Below are positions 51,201-63,880 of a stretch of DNA of 64,000 nucleotides, piece by piece. Source of the stretch: Chiloscyllium plagiosum (Eukaryota). Position 1 is the stretch's first letter, and each line of letters starts with the position of its first letter. The notes below the pieces were generated by a model that made no database searches, was not told the origin of the DNA, and was given only the letters and a program-made list of their open reading frames with translations. The position numbers and the translations under genes are program-made. The stretch covers positions 1,438,787 to 1,502,786 of the forward strand of contig NC_057719.1 in NCBI RefSeq assembly GCF_004010195.1. Reading direction: 5' to 3'.

Positions 51201-53068
51201 AACATGCTGGTCTAAGACATTGTCTCAAAAACATTCAATGAATTCCTTCTTTAGACTACTACTTCCTCATTTGGTTTGTCCAGCCTATATGTTCCAGCCC
51301 ATGATAATTGCTGTATCCTTCTGATAAACTTTCCATTATTTATTTCTTGATAACCTGTCCTATAGGCCTGTACGCAACTCCCCTATGTCACCATTTGCCT
51401 TTATCATTCTTCATCTTGACCCAGACTGCTCTGAATTAAGGTCATCCTCCTCAATTCTGTTAATATCATCTTTAATTGACAGAGCCACTCCTCCAGCCTT
51501 TCTTAGCTTCCTGTCCATCCTAAATGACACACGCCCTCCAATATTCAGATCCCAATCTGAGTCATAAATTCATACAGCACAGAAGAGGCCCTACAGCTCA
51601 TTAAGTTTCCAGCACTTGGCCTAAAGCCTTGGATATTTTGACATTTTAAATGCTCCTCCACGTAGTTGGTAAAAGTTGTGAGATTTCCAGGCTCTCCTAC
51701 CCTCCCAGGCAGTGCAGTTTCCAGATTCCCAACACCCTCCGGGTGAAAAGTTTCCCTTGAAATGTTAACTCTGTTTCTCTCTCTTCAAAGGTGCTGCTAG
51801 ACCTGCTGAATTTTTCCACCACTTTGATTTTTGTTTCAGGTCTCCAGCTTCTCCAGGTTTTTTTGTATTATTTTGATGAATCCATCTCCCTTGTAGCAGC
51901 AATACTGTTCCATCATTTGAAACAAAAATAGGCAATGCTAGGACACTCTGCAAATCAGGCAGCATCCGTGCAGAGAAAGGGTTAGCATTCCATGTCAATG
52001 ACCTTTCAGAACTGAAAATTTGAATTTATTTAGTTTATACAGAAATTGAGTTATGCATTAATTTCACTTGAATAATATTAAATTAAGATCTGTAGAAAAT
52101 GTTACTGTTTTCTTTTTACTCAGCTCAAATCTTTGTAATATGAGCCTATGATTAAAAAAAAACACTCTGCCAGTTCATTATAGACACATAATAAAGAAGG
52201 TTAGACTACATAGCTCGGATTAAAGGTTGGCAAACACCAGGTTTTTATGGATTAAGGCAAACTGATAGAAAATGTAAGCCAAGGCACTGAAAAGTTGGTC
52301 AGACCTTCAAAAGGAGTTTTGAGTTCTGTTCTGTCATGTCTTATATTTTGGTAATATTTTGAATTAGTTTTTGAATGTCTACGGTTTCACTGCAGCTCTT
52401 AATGCTATTCCAGTTGAGATGTGTAGAATTTGCAGTTTCTGATTCTCAGGGTTTATTGTGGCAATCAAAAGGAAGTAGATCTGCAGTTCCATTTAGAACT
52501 GGTCAAATAAACAGAAGCATACTGATGAATATTGACAGCGTCCCACTCTTTTGTGTATCCCCCTTAGTACTGCCAGTGACAACTGGACATTGAGGTGCCT
52601 TGGCCTTAACCTCATAATCAATGGTGGTGCTAGCACAAAGGGCTGAATGGCCTACTCATGCGCCTATTGTCTAGACTGCCTTCCCTAACCATGCCTGTCT
52701 TTTAACCTCTGCTTTGTTCCATTAAATGTATTTCTTTTGACCAAGCTTCACTCAACTGCCCTGGTATGACCTTGTATGTCGGAAAATGGCTGATATTGCA
52801 CCTGTGAAGAATGCTGAGATGTGACAAATTAAAATGTGCTGCGTTTGTCTCAGGGTTTTTTCCACTGCTCTGCAGATGGCGTCTGTTATTAGGAGACAAA
52901 TAGCCCCATACATGCTATTGGCCATGGGAAGCTGCTCCAAGGTGTTAATTCTTCATGTAGTGCTTCAAGTAGTATTGCTGATGGTCTGTTTATCTGAGGA
53001 GAGGAATAAAATCTGTCTCTTACTGTTGATGATTATTTGAGCAAGAGTCACTGGATAGAGTCAGAGAG

Positions 53069-54780
53069 ATTCTGGATTAGTGGTGCTGGAAGAGCACAGC
53101 AGTTCAGGCAGCATCCGAGGAGCAGTAAAATTGACGTTTCGGGCAAAAGCCCTTCATCAGGAATAAAGGCAGAGANNNNNNNNNNNNNNNNNNNNNNNNN
53201 NNNNNNNNNNNNNNNNNNNNNNNNNNNNNNNNNNNNNNNNNNNNNNNNNNNNNNNNNNNNNNNNNNNNNNNNNNNNNNNNNNNNNNNNNNNNNNNNNNNN
53301 NNNNNNNNNNNNNNNNNNNNNNNNNNNNNNNNNNNNNNNNNNNNNNNNNNNNNNNNNNNNNNNNNNNNGGGGAGTTGAAATGTTGGGGCACGGGGCGGTT
53401 TGGTTGATTGGTGCGGGTGTCTCGGAGATGTTCCCTAAAGCGCTGTGCTAGGAGGCGCCCAGTCTCCCCAATGTAGAGGTGACCGCATCGGGAGCAACGG
53501 ATACAATAGATGATATTAGTGGATGTGCAGGTAAAAGTTTGATGGATGTGGAAGGCTCCTTTAGGGCCTTGGATAGAGGTGAGGGAGGAGGTGTGGGCGC
53601 AGGTTTTACAGTTCCTGCGGTGGCAGGGGAAAGTGCCAGGATGGGAGGGTGGGTTGTTGGGGGGGCGTGGACCTGACCAGGTAGTCACAGAGGGACTGGT
53701 CTTTGTGGAAAGCGGAAAGGGGTGGCGAGGGAAATATATCCCTGGTGGTGCGGTCCGTCTGGAGGTGGCGGAAATGTCAGCGGATGATTTGGTTTAGAAC
53801 ATAGAACAATACAGCACAGAACAGGCCCTTCGGCCCACGATGTTGTGCCGAACATTTGTCCTAGCTTAAGCACCCATCCATGTACCTATCCAATTGCCAC
53901 TTAAAGGTCACCAAAGATTCTGACTCTACCACTCCCACAGGCAGCGCATTCCATGCCCCCACCACTCTCTGGGTAAAGAACCCACCCCTGACGTCTCCCC
54001 TCTACCTTTATGTGAAGGTTGGTAGGGTGGAAGGTGAGCACCAGGGGCATTCTGACCTTGTTACGGTTGGAGGGGTGGGGTCTGAGGGCGGAGGTGCGGG
54101 ATGTGGACGAGATGCGTTGGAGAGCATCTTTAACCACGTGGGAAGGGAAATTGCGGTCTCTAAAGAAGGAGGCCATCTGGTGTGTTCTGTGGTGGAACCG
54201 CTCCTCCTGGGAGTAGATACGGCGGAAGCGGAGGAATTGGGAATACAGGATGGCATTTTTGCAAAGGTAGCTGCAGGACGAGGTGTAATCCAGGTAGCTG
54301 TGGGAGTTGGTGGGTTTGTAAAAAATGTCAGTGTCAAGTCGGTCGTCATTAATGGAGATGGAGAGGTCCAGGAAGGGGAGGGAGGTGTCAGAGATGGTCC
54401 AGGTAAATTTAAGGACAGGGTGGAATGTGTTGGTGAAGTTGATGAATTGCTCAACCCCCTCGCGGGAGCACGAGGTGGCGCCAATGCAGTCATCAATGTA
54501 GCGGAGGAAGAGGTGGGGAGTGGTGCCGGTGTAATTACGGAAGATTGACTGTTCCCTCCCCCACTCACCTATTGTACTCTATGCTACTTCCTCCCCACTG
54601 TCACCCTCCTCTAGCCTTATCTCTCCATGCTTCAGGCTCTCTGCCTTTATTCCTGATGAAGAGTTTTTGCCCGAAACGTCGATTTTACTGCTCCTCGGAT
54701 GCTGCCTGAACTGCTGTGCTCTTCTAGCACCACTAATCCAGAATCTGGTTTCAAGCATCTGCAGTCGTTGTTTTTACCTG
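53069..54780 (-). mobile_element. 5'-truncated PLE (family B, Neptune-like) with an inverted terminal repeat at about 54555-54780; inserted in a CR1 tail and itself interrupted by a CR1 tail at about 53796-54006
   Basis: FPCHRRNCKTC...CTSTNIIYCIRCSRCGHLYIGETGR and antisense RYIDD; TSD ga(g/a)tcagagag at 53058-53068 and 54781-54791. Confidence 0.88.
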
Positions 54781-54781
54781 G

Positions 54782-56010
54782 AATCAGAGAGGTGTACAGA
54801 ACAGAAACAGACTCTTTGGTCCAACTCGTCCACGCCGACCAGATATCCCAACCTAATCTAGTTCCATTTACCAGCACTTGACCCATATCCCTCTAAACCC
54901 TTCCTATTCATATACCCATCCAGATGCCTTTTAAATGTTACAATTGTACCAGCCTCCACCACTTCCTCTGGTAGCTCATTCCATACACATACTACCCTCT
55001 GAGTGAAAAGGTTGCCCCTTAGATGTGTCTTATAATTTTCCCCTCTCACCTTAAACCTCTGCCCTCTCGTTCTGGACTCCCCCACCTCTGTCTATTTATC
55101 CTATCCATGCCCCTCATGATTTTATAAACCTCTATAGGGTCACCCCTCAGCCTCTGACGCTCCAGGAAAAACAACCCCAGCCTGTTCAGCCTCTCCCTAT
55201 AGCTCAAGTCTTCCAATCCTGGCAACATCCTTGTAAATCTTTTCTGAACCCTTTCAAGTTACACAATATCCTTCCGATAGGAAGGAGATCAGAATTGCAC
55301 GCAATATTCTAAAAGTGGTCTAACCAATGTCCTGTACAGCCACAGCATGACCTCCCAACTCCTGTACTCAATACTCTGACCAATAAAGGAAAGCATACTA
55401 AATGCCTTCTTCGCTATCCTTGGCCCATCTGATCAAGATCCCATTGTATTTTGGGGTGACTTTCTTCACTGTCCACTACACCTCCAATTTTGGTGTCATC
55501 TGCAAACATACTAACTATATCTCCTATGTTAATATCCAAATCATTTATATAAATGATTTGGATAAATAATTAAAAGTAGTGGATCCAGCACTGATCCTTG
55601 TGGCACTCCACTGGTCACAGGCCTCCAGTCTGAAAAACAACCCTCCACCACCACCCTTTGAGCCAGTTTTGTATCCAAATGGCTAGTTCTCCCTGTATTC
55701 CTTGCTAATTAGTCTCTCATGGGGAACCTTGTCGAATGCCTTACTGAAGTCCATGTAGATCACATCTACCGCTCTGCCCTCATCAATCCTCTTTGCTGCA
55801 TCTTCAAAAAACTCAATCAGGTTCCTGAGACATGATTTCTCATGCTCAAAGCCATGTTGACTATCCCTAATCAGTCCTTGCTTTTCCAAATTTGTGTATA
55901 TCCTGTCCCTCAGGATTCCCTCCAACAACATGCCCACCACTGACGTCAGGCTCACTAGTCTATAGTTCCCTGGCTTGTTACCGCCTTTCTGAAACAGTGG
56001 CACCACCTTA
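54782..56010 (-). mobile_element. CR1 LINE RT and 3' end
   Basis: PGNYRLVSLTSVVG...DSQHGF...AVDVIYMDFSKAFDKVPH and GNLFTQRVVCVWNELPE. Confidence 0.9.
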
Positions 56011-56039
56011 CTGTTGAGGAAGGCAAACATCTGGTTTTG

Positions 56040-56460
56040 TTGCTGTGCTTGCTCAGTAATGCACACCCCGAAGTCGAAGGGTGTGGCTTCGAGTTCATTT
56101 TCAGAGACTTGAGCTCATAATCAAGTCTTATCCTCACAAGTGATACTGGTGGAGTATTGTACTGTTGGAACTGTATCTTTTAGATGAAATGTTAAGTAGA
56201 AGCTGCATCTGTCCTGGAAGATGGGTGTACAATGTCCAGCAAAAGCATATCAAAGCAGCAGAGGAGAAATCACCACCCACCCATGTCCTGACCAATATTT
56301 ATCTCTTCCACTGATGCAACAGAGATCATCTAGCCTTCACCAATTTGCTGTTTGTGTATACTTACTGTGCACAGTCTGAAACCTGTATTTCATAAGTTGT
56401 GTCTTGGCTGTGAAGTTTGGGGCAGCTTTAGGTCATGAAAGTTGCTATATAAATGAAAGT
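56040..56460 (+). mobile_element. Deu-domain SINE (SacSINE1/AmnSINE1-like), decayed
   Basis: tRNA-like head, gatgaaatgttaa...tgtcctgaccaatatttatc...ttgctgtttgtg and tail gtcatgaaagttgctatataaatg. Confidence 0.65.
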
Positions 56461-58197
56461 TTTTTTTCCCTCTGGAAGTTTGTGTCTGCAGTCAGTGAAC
56501 TTGAGTATGAGACCTTTGTCTAATGATCAAAAGATATGTTTTTCAAGACATTGTTTTCTCTTATAGAGTCTGAGGTGTACAGCATGGAAACAGACACTTG
56601 TGTCCAACACATTCACGATATCCTAAATTAATCCGTTCCCCATTTGCCAGCGCTTGGCCCATATCCCTCTAAATCTTTCCTCTTCATATACCCATTCAGA
56701 TGCCTTTTAAATGTTTTAATAGTACAACCTCTACCATCTCCTCTGGCAGCTCATTCCATAAGTGCACCATCCTCTATCTGTGAAAATGTTGCCCCCTAGG
56801 TCCGTTTTAAATCTTTCCCCTCTCACCTTAAACCTGTGCCCTCTAATTTTCTACTTCCCTGTCCTTGCCAGCTGTCCTGTCATCCTTTGTTGTGCACCTT
56901 TATCTCCAGCTGCCACTCATTCACATAACACTGCTGTCACCGTTATCTCTCATTTTTGGCAATATGTTACTAACCAATAAGTAATGTGAACACTGGAGGC
57001 ATTAAGCTTTCTGAGAACAGGAAGGGTCAGCCTTTGTGATCAGTGTTAACTCTTTATGGCTTTCAATAATCCAGTTGGTAAGTACAAGCACTTCTGTTAT
57101 CTTTATGATTGCTTACTGTTTACAGGAAATGGGAGTGAGAGAAACTTGTTAAATATTGTCTGTCATATCTCCCATGCCTGCATTTGTCTAAACACCAGAG
57201 AAGCAATAGGACTGAGCCTCTCCGCTATTGTTTTGGTGCCTCAGTTAGTTCAGATGGTGAAAGACTGAGGTTGTGTAATACTGAAAGCCTAGCTGTTTTG
57301 TTCAGTAACTTAGCCACTTTATGTCCTGAAGGGGAGAGACAAAATTTCAGTGTTTGTAGCGCTGTCTTTTGGAACATGGGTGAAGGAATATGTTCAGTTT
57401 TGCTCCGTGGCCTTATGGGTGCAAGCAGTGGTTGATGTGCTGAGCTTTACAGATTAGGAAATTCCGAGTTTGATTCCAAGCATGTGCTGAGTCAGCTGAT
57501 CTTAATGACATCTGACTTAGGGAGAAGAAAACTCATTTGCTAGTTCATGCTGTTGGAACATGTATTACTTGGAATTGCTTTGAATTTGCAGCACAGAAAC
57601 AAGGGCATTTGCCTGACAGCTCAGTGAACTGCATGTTGCGATAGATACTTTGGTGATGAGGAAAAGCAGTGCAATCTTTGTAGAAAGATACTGAGGCTTA
57701 AAGAATGAAAAATGATTTTCTTTTCCTTTCTTGCTAATGTTTTGTGAGCACCTACTGCACAGAGATTTGGAACATCAATTTCAGTTCAAAGATTGCTCAC
57801 GAGCTGTGTGAGGATGTCCTGGTTTTTTTTTCTGTATTAGTGTCATGTTGCAGGTTGATATTCAATAATAGAGGCTGTACTGTAGGATTCCACCTGCACT
57901 TTGAATTCATAAGTCCTCCTCTGGACTGAATGGTGGGAAGCTGATTCTGTGCAGCTCATGAAGCCTCTTGAGTACATCCAGGCTTGATGAGGTTGGCAAT
58001 ATGGATGGTAGTGAGCATGAATGGCAAACCTTTATTGAGTTTGCTTGTTCAAAGAATGAAGTACTCCAGATTCAGCCTCGCAAACCCTCTCCATTAATAT
58101 CATCATTGCACGTTGTTTCCTAATGGAAGAATGAACAATCTAGCCCAATCCAGAGAAGCTGGACAAGGCAAGTGCTGTATGGCTGTCTGTATAACAT

Positions 58198-58326
58198 GAT
58201 ACCTGAAGAAGGGCTTATGCCCGAAACGTCGATTCGCCTGTTCCCTGGATGCTGCCTGACCAGCTGCGCTTTTCCAGCAACACATTTTCAGCTCTGATCT
58301 CCAGCATCTGCAGACCTCACTTTCTC
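58198..58326 (+). mobile_element. Short PLE tail insertion (family A)
   Basis: TSD ctgtataacat at 58187-58197 and 58327-58337; CTGAAGA at 58203. Confidence 0.9.
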
Positions 58327-58556
58327 CTGTATAACATTAAAGTCAGCATCTTCTTTTACCTCCTCTTTCCTGAGTACTCCCAAAGGAACCAAGCATCTGG
58401 AATCCTACCTTACAAAGTATTTACATCAGTATTTGGCCCCACAGTTCTACGTTGCATTTTTGATCGAAACCTCTCTCCCATTTGTCTTCTCACTCCGTCA
58501 ACAACTACTCTTGCTTGTAAGAGTTTAAACAGAGGTTGTCTGGCTGTTTGACTGTA

Positions 58557-60282
58557 ACCTCATCACCTCAGGGGATCTCCCATCCACCGCCTCCAACCTC
58601 ATAGTCCCACAACCCCGCACCGCCCGTTTCTACCTCCTGCCCAAAATCCACAAACCTGACTGCCTCGGCCGACCCATTGTCTCAGCCTGCTCCTGCCCCA
58701 CCAAACTCATCGCTGCATACCTCGACACGGTCCTGTCCCCCTTAGTCCAAGAACTCCCCACCTACGTTTGGGACACCACCCACGCCCTCCACCTCCTCCA
58801 TGATTTTCACTTCCCCGGCCCCCAACGCCTTATCTTCACCATGGATATCCAGTCCCTGTACACCTCCATCTCCCATCACGAAGGCTTCAAGGCCCTCCGC
58901 TTCTTCCTTTCCCGCTGACCCAACCAATACCGTTCCACTGACACCCTCCTTAGACTGACTGAACTGGTCCTCACTCTGAACAACTTCTCTTTCCAATCCT
59001 CCCACTTCCTCCAAACCAAAGGAGTAGCCATGGGCACCTGCATGAGCCCCAGCTATGCCTGCCTCTTTGTCGGATATGTGGAACAGTCCATCTTCCGCAG
59101 CTACACTGGCACCACCCCCTACCTTTTCCTCCGCTACATCGATGACTGTATTGGCACTACCTTGTGCTCCCACGAGGAGGTTGAACAGTTCATCCACTTT
59201 ACTAACACCTTCTACCCGACCTCAAATTTACCTGGACCGTCTCAGACTCCTCCCTCCCCTTCCTAGACCTCTCCATTTCGATCTCGGGCGACCGACTCAA
59301 CATGGACATTTACTATAAACCGACCGACTCCCACAGCTACCTAGTCTACACCACCTCCCACCCTGCCCCCTGTAAAAATGCCATCCCGTGTTCCCAATTC
59401 CTTCGCCTCCGCCGAATCTGCTCCCAGGAGGACCAGTTCCAATACCGAACAACCCAGATGGCCTTCTTCTTCAAAGATCGTAATTTCCCCTCAGACGTGG
59501 TTGACGAAGCTCTCCACCGCATCTCCTCCACTTCCCGCTCCTCTGCCCTTGAGCCCCGTCTCTCCAATCGGCACCAGGACAGGACCCCACTGGTCCTCAC
59601 CTACCACCCCACCAACTTCCAGATACACCGTATCATTCTTCGTCATTTCTGCCAGCTCCAAGTAGACCCCATCACCAGGGATATATTTCCCTCCCCTCCC
59701 CTATCAGTGTTCCGGAAAGACCACTCCCTCCGCGACTCCGTCGTCAGGTCCACAACCCCCACCAACCCAACCTCCACTCCTGGCACCTTCCCCTGCAACC
59801 GCAAGAAATGCAAAACTTGTGCCCACACCTCCCCCCTCACTTCCCTCCAAGGCCCCAAGGGATCCTTCCATATCCGTCATAAATTCACCTGCACCTCCAC
59901 ACACATCATTTACTGTATCCGCTGCACCCAATGTGGTCTCCTCTANNNNNNNNNNNNNNNNNNNNNNNNNNNNNNNNNNNNNNNNNNNNNNNNNNNNNNN
60001 NNNNNNNNNNNNNNNNNNNNNNNNNNNNNNNNNNNNNNNNNNNNNNNNNNNNNNNNNNNNNNNNNNNNCCTTCCACCTATCGCATTCCCAACGCTCCTCC
60101 CCCAAGTCCCTCCTCCCTACCTTTTATCTTAGCCTGCTTGGCACACCCTCCTCATTCCTGAAGAAGGGCTCATGCCCGAAACGTCAATTCTCTTGCTCCT
60201 TGGATGCTGCCTGACCTGCTGCGCTTTTCCAGCAACACATTTTTCAGCTCTGATCTCCAGCATTTGCAGTCCTCACTTTCTC
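58557..60282 (+). mobile_element. 5'-truncated Penelope-like retrotransposon (family A, Neptune-like): RT, Cys-rich linker, GIY-YIG and hammerhead-bearing terminal repeat
   Basis: FYLLPKIHK...RPIVS, MDIQSLYTSI, GVAMGT.MSPSYA, RYIDD, YYKPTDSH and FPCNRKKCKTC...IIYCIRCTQC; TSD ctgtttgactgta at 58544-58556 and 60283-60295. Confidence 0.95.
60155..60188 (+). ncRNA. Minimal hammerhead motif (family A) in the 3' terminal repeat of the long PLE
   Basis: CTGAAGA(60158)-A-GGGC-tcat-GCCC-GAAA-CG-TC; related copies at 5015, 18403, 27414 and 58203. Confidence 0.75.
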
Positions 60283-60301
60283 CTGTTTGACTGTAGAGGC
60301 T

Positions 60302-60388
60302 ATCAGAGCTGAAAATGTGTTGCTGGAAAAGCGCAGCAGGTCAGGCAGCATCCAGGGAACAGGAGAATCGACGTTTCGGGCATAAGCC
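60302..60388 (-). mobile_element. Short PLE tail copy (family A), inverted relative to the adjacent long PLE
   Basis: Reverse complement of about 60165-60255; ctatca at both ends. Confidence 0.8.
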
Positions 60389-61006
60389 TATCACACCAGT
60401 TGAACCCTCATCAACGTCTACATGTGTTCAGTTTCTAAGAAAACTTGCTGTATGGTGATTAGAAACAAGGACTCTACTCAAAAATCCCTCTTCCTGTCAT
60501 CCACCTTGTAGGCAATAAAGCCAAATATTATCATCATCTTAGCTACCTCATGGAGAAATCAATTCACGGTCACACCTAAGGATCTCGGTGAGTATGCTCA
60601 GCAACGTAACTACTGAGGCACTTAAACAGTGAAGGTGGACAGTAATTATCTCTACTTTTATCACTGCTCAGTGAATTTCCTCTATGAAAATGTCTTAGTT
60701 CAGACGCTGTTGGCTTTGAGATATGGTGTTGTGATTGTGCTATTTCAAAAACCAGTACCAAAAGCAAATTCTCAACGTTCATGAAATGTAGGACTTTAAC
60801 TCTTTTAGGTGGGTACAGGAGACTGGAAAACGAGGGAAGAAATGATGCTTCAGTTGTATGGAGCCTTAGCTGATTGCTGCTTTCAATTCTGAGCATTATA
60901 GTCGAGCAAGCTATTGGAGATGTGCATGAGTTGAAAAGGAGGAATCATGAGCAAAGATTCCTTAAGCTTGGCTTTCACTCCTTTGAATTTAGAAGGAATT
61001 GAGACA

Positions 61007-62380
61007 TCATAGAGTCATTGAAATGTACAGTACGGAAACAGACCCTTCAGTCCAACTTGTCCATGCCGACCAGATATCCCAACCTATTACTTGGCCATAT
61101 TCCTCTAAACCCTTCCTATTCGTATTCCCATCTAGATGCCTTTTAAATATTGTAATTGTACCAGCCTCCATCACATTCTCTGGCAGCTCATTCCATACAC
61201 GCACACACTCTGTGTGAAAAAGCTACCTCTGCAGCACGGTGGCACAGTGGTTAGCACTGCTGCCTCGCAGCGCCAGAGACCCGGGTTCAATTCCCGCCTC
61301 AGGCGACTGACTGTGTGGAGTTTGCACGTNNNNNNNNNNNNNNNNNNNNNNNNNNNNNNNNNNNNNNNNNNNNNNNNNNNNNNNNNNNNNNNNNNNNNNN
61401 NNNNNNNNNNNNNNNNNNNNNNNNNNNNNNNNNNNNNNNNNNNNNNNNNNNNNNNNNNNNNNNNNNNNNNNNNNNNNNNNNNNNNNNNNNNNNNNNNNNN
61501 NNNNNNNNNNNNNNNNNNNNNNNNNNNNNNNNNNNGTGGACTTGTTGGGCCGAAGGGCCTGTTTCCACACTGTAAGTAATCTAATCTAATCTAATCTCTT
61601 GGGTCTTTTTTATATCTTTCTCCTCTCACCCTAAACCTATACCCTCTGGTTCTGGACTCTCCCACTCCAGGGAAAGGACCTTGTCTAATTATCCTATCAA
61701 TTCCCCTCAGGATTTTATAAACTTCTGTAAGGTCATCCCTCAACCTCCGATGCTCCAAGGAAAACAGTCCCAGCCTGTTCAGCTTCTCCCGAGCAACATC
61801 CTTGTAAATCTTGTCTGAACCCTTTCAGGTTTCACAGCATCCATCTGATGGGAAGAAGACCAAAATTGCACGCAATATTACAAAAGTGGCTTAACCAATG
61901 TCCTGTTCAGCTACGATATGACCTCCCAACTCCTGTACTCAATACACTGACCAATAAAGGAAAGCATACCAAATGCCTTTTTCACTCACTCATCTACCTG
62001 CGACTCCACTTTCAAGGAACTATGAAACTGCACTCCCAAGTTCAGCAACACTCCCCATGATCTTGCCATTAAGTGTATAAGTCCTATTCGGATTTGTTTT
62101 TCCAAAATGCAGCACCTCTCATTTATCTAAATTAAACTCCATCTGCGGCTTCACAGCCCATTGGCCCATCTGATCAAGATCCCGTTGTAATCTGAGGTAA
62201 CCTTTGCTGTCCACTACACTTCCAAGTTTGGTGTCATCTGCAAACTTACTAATTGTACCTCCTATGTTCACATCCAAATCATTTATATAATAGATGAGAA
62301 ATAGTGGACTCAGCACGAATCCTTGTGGTACACCATTGGTCACAGGCCTCCAGTCTGAAAAACAACCCTCCACAACCAAT
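61007..62380 (-). mobile_element. CR1 LINE RT and 3' end, interrupted by an HE1 SINE
   Basis: WRPVTNGVPQG...SKFADDTKLG and RVWNELPE. Confidence 0.88.
61231..61597 (+). mobile_element. HE1-type V-SINE (middle lies in an assembly gap)
   Basis: Head nearly identical to the 23911 copy; (aatct)n tail. Confidence 0.85.
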
Positions 62381-62857
62381 CACTGATCAAATTTAAAATT
62401 CTAAAATGAGTTTGGAAAACTGGAGCTCTCCCTCTCCTGCTCGCTCGCTGTCCCCCTCTTGCTCGCTCGTGCTCTCTTTTGCTCTCTCTAGCGTGCTCTC
62501 TCTCTCAAAAAAAGGCAATAGATGTTGAATGTCAGTTACATTTCAAGACAGAGATTAGGTTTTTCATTCGGGAAACTAACTCTGTACTCGATGGACCTGA
62601 GAGGGATAAGGGTGGTGGGGGTGGGGTGAAATCTGATTGAAAGTACTCAATACTGAGAGGCCTGGCTAATGTGGACATGGAGAAGATATTTCCTCTAGTA
62701 GGAGAGACTAGGACTCAAGGGCACAGCCTCAGAGTGAAGAGACAACCTTTAGAACTGAGATGAGGAGGAATTTCTTCAGCCAGTGGATGGTGAATCATAG
62801 AGGGCAATGGAGGCCAAGTCATTGAGTGTATTTTGACAGGTGTAGGTTCTTGATTTA

Positions 62858-63045
62858 GGGTCAAGAATGTGGTGTTGGAAAAGCACAGCATGTCAGGCAG
62901 CATCCGAGGAGCAGGAGAATCGATGTTTCAGGCATAAGCCATGATGAAGGGTTGCCTTCAGGATGCTGCCTGACTTGCTGTGCTTTTCCAGCACCACACT
63001 CTTGGCTCTGATCTCCAGCATTTGCAGTCCTCACCTGCTCCTGGA
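62858..63045. mobile_element. Inverted PLE tail pair inserted in an old CR1 3' end
   Basis: Antisense then sense tail around a degenerate hammerhead; TSD ttcttgattta at 62847-62857 and 63046-63056. Confidence 0.75.
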
Positions 63046-63489
63046 TTCTTGATTTATGCAGGGGAGAAGCAAGGGTTACAGGGAGAAGACAGGAGAATGG
63101 GGTGGAGCAGACTTAATGGGCAGAATAGCCTAATTCTGCTCCTATGTCTATGGTCTTACAAAGGCTAGTAAATGGAGTCATGGAACGGGTAAAGCTTGAT
63201 CTAATTGAATGGTGGAACAAGCTGGAAGGTTGCATGTCCTGCTCCTGTTCAATAAAAATGAAGATTACAGTATGTTGTGTCCTAGAATTGGAATGCAGTG
63301 CATACTGACAACTTGTTCTTATTTTTGAGAGAACGTGGCAAATATTGAGAAAGAAAGGACAGTTGGTTACTGATTACCAAGCTTTATGTAGCCACATCAT
63401 AATATTCACTGAATGTGCAACGATCACAGAATCCTTTCATCACTCTGTTTTCCTCGTCTCGTTTGTTGGCTTTCAAAAAATATGAAATA

Positions 63490-63880
63490 ATGAGTTAATT
63501 TCTATCAAACAACCTTTTCACATCAGACTGAGTGGGATGCCTTCATTCCATGATAGAGTGCAAAGATTTTAGCGTGTAATCTGTGTACTGAGAGAACACT
63601 GCAGTGTTGAACATACCCCTTTTCAGGTGAAACATTAAACCAACACCTCATCTTTCTTCTCAGTTGATGTTGAAGACTTGACATGGCTATTTAAAGAAAA
63701 TGAGATGGAAATTTGCACATCCTGACCAATAATTATCCATCTACTGAACAGACTATCTGATCATTATCACGTTACTGTCTGTGATGCATTACAGTACATA
63801 AATTACTATGAGCTAGTTATGTTGCACTAAATTACAACTGTGCCGACTAAAGGAGTTATAAGTCTTCATTGCACCATACA
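63490..63880 (+). mobile_element. Deu-domain SINE, decayed
   Basis: ggtgaaacattaaacc...tcctgaccaataattatcc...tatctgatcattatcac...attacaac matches the 56040 copy. Confidence 0.6.

Noticed and set aside
52909..52942. 32-nt stretch ACATGCTATTGG...CTGCTCCAAG/GT superficially resembling the next BRF1 exon
   Set aside because: Translates HMLLAMGSCSK rather than HMLLDLSDLLQ, and has no AG acceptor or U12 branch point upstream; likely coincidence.
53880..54548. 222-aa Gly/Val-rich ORF (also 58742-59197)
   Set aside because: Antisense shadow of the C-rich PLE RT coding strand.
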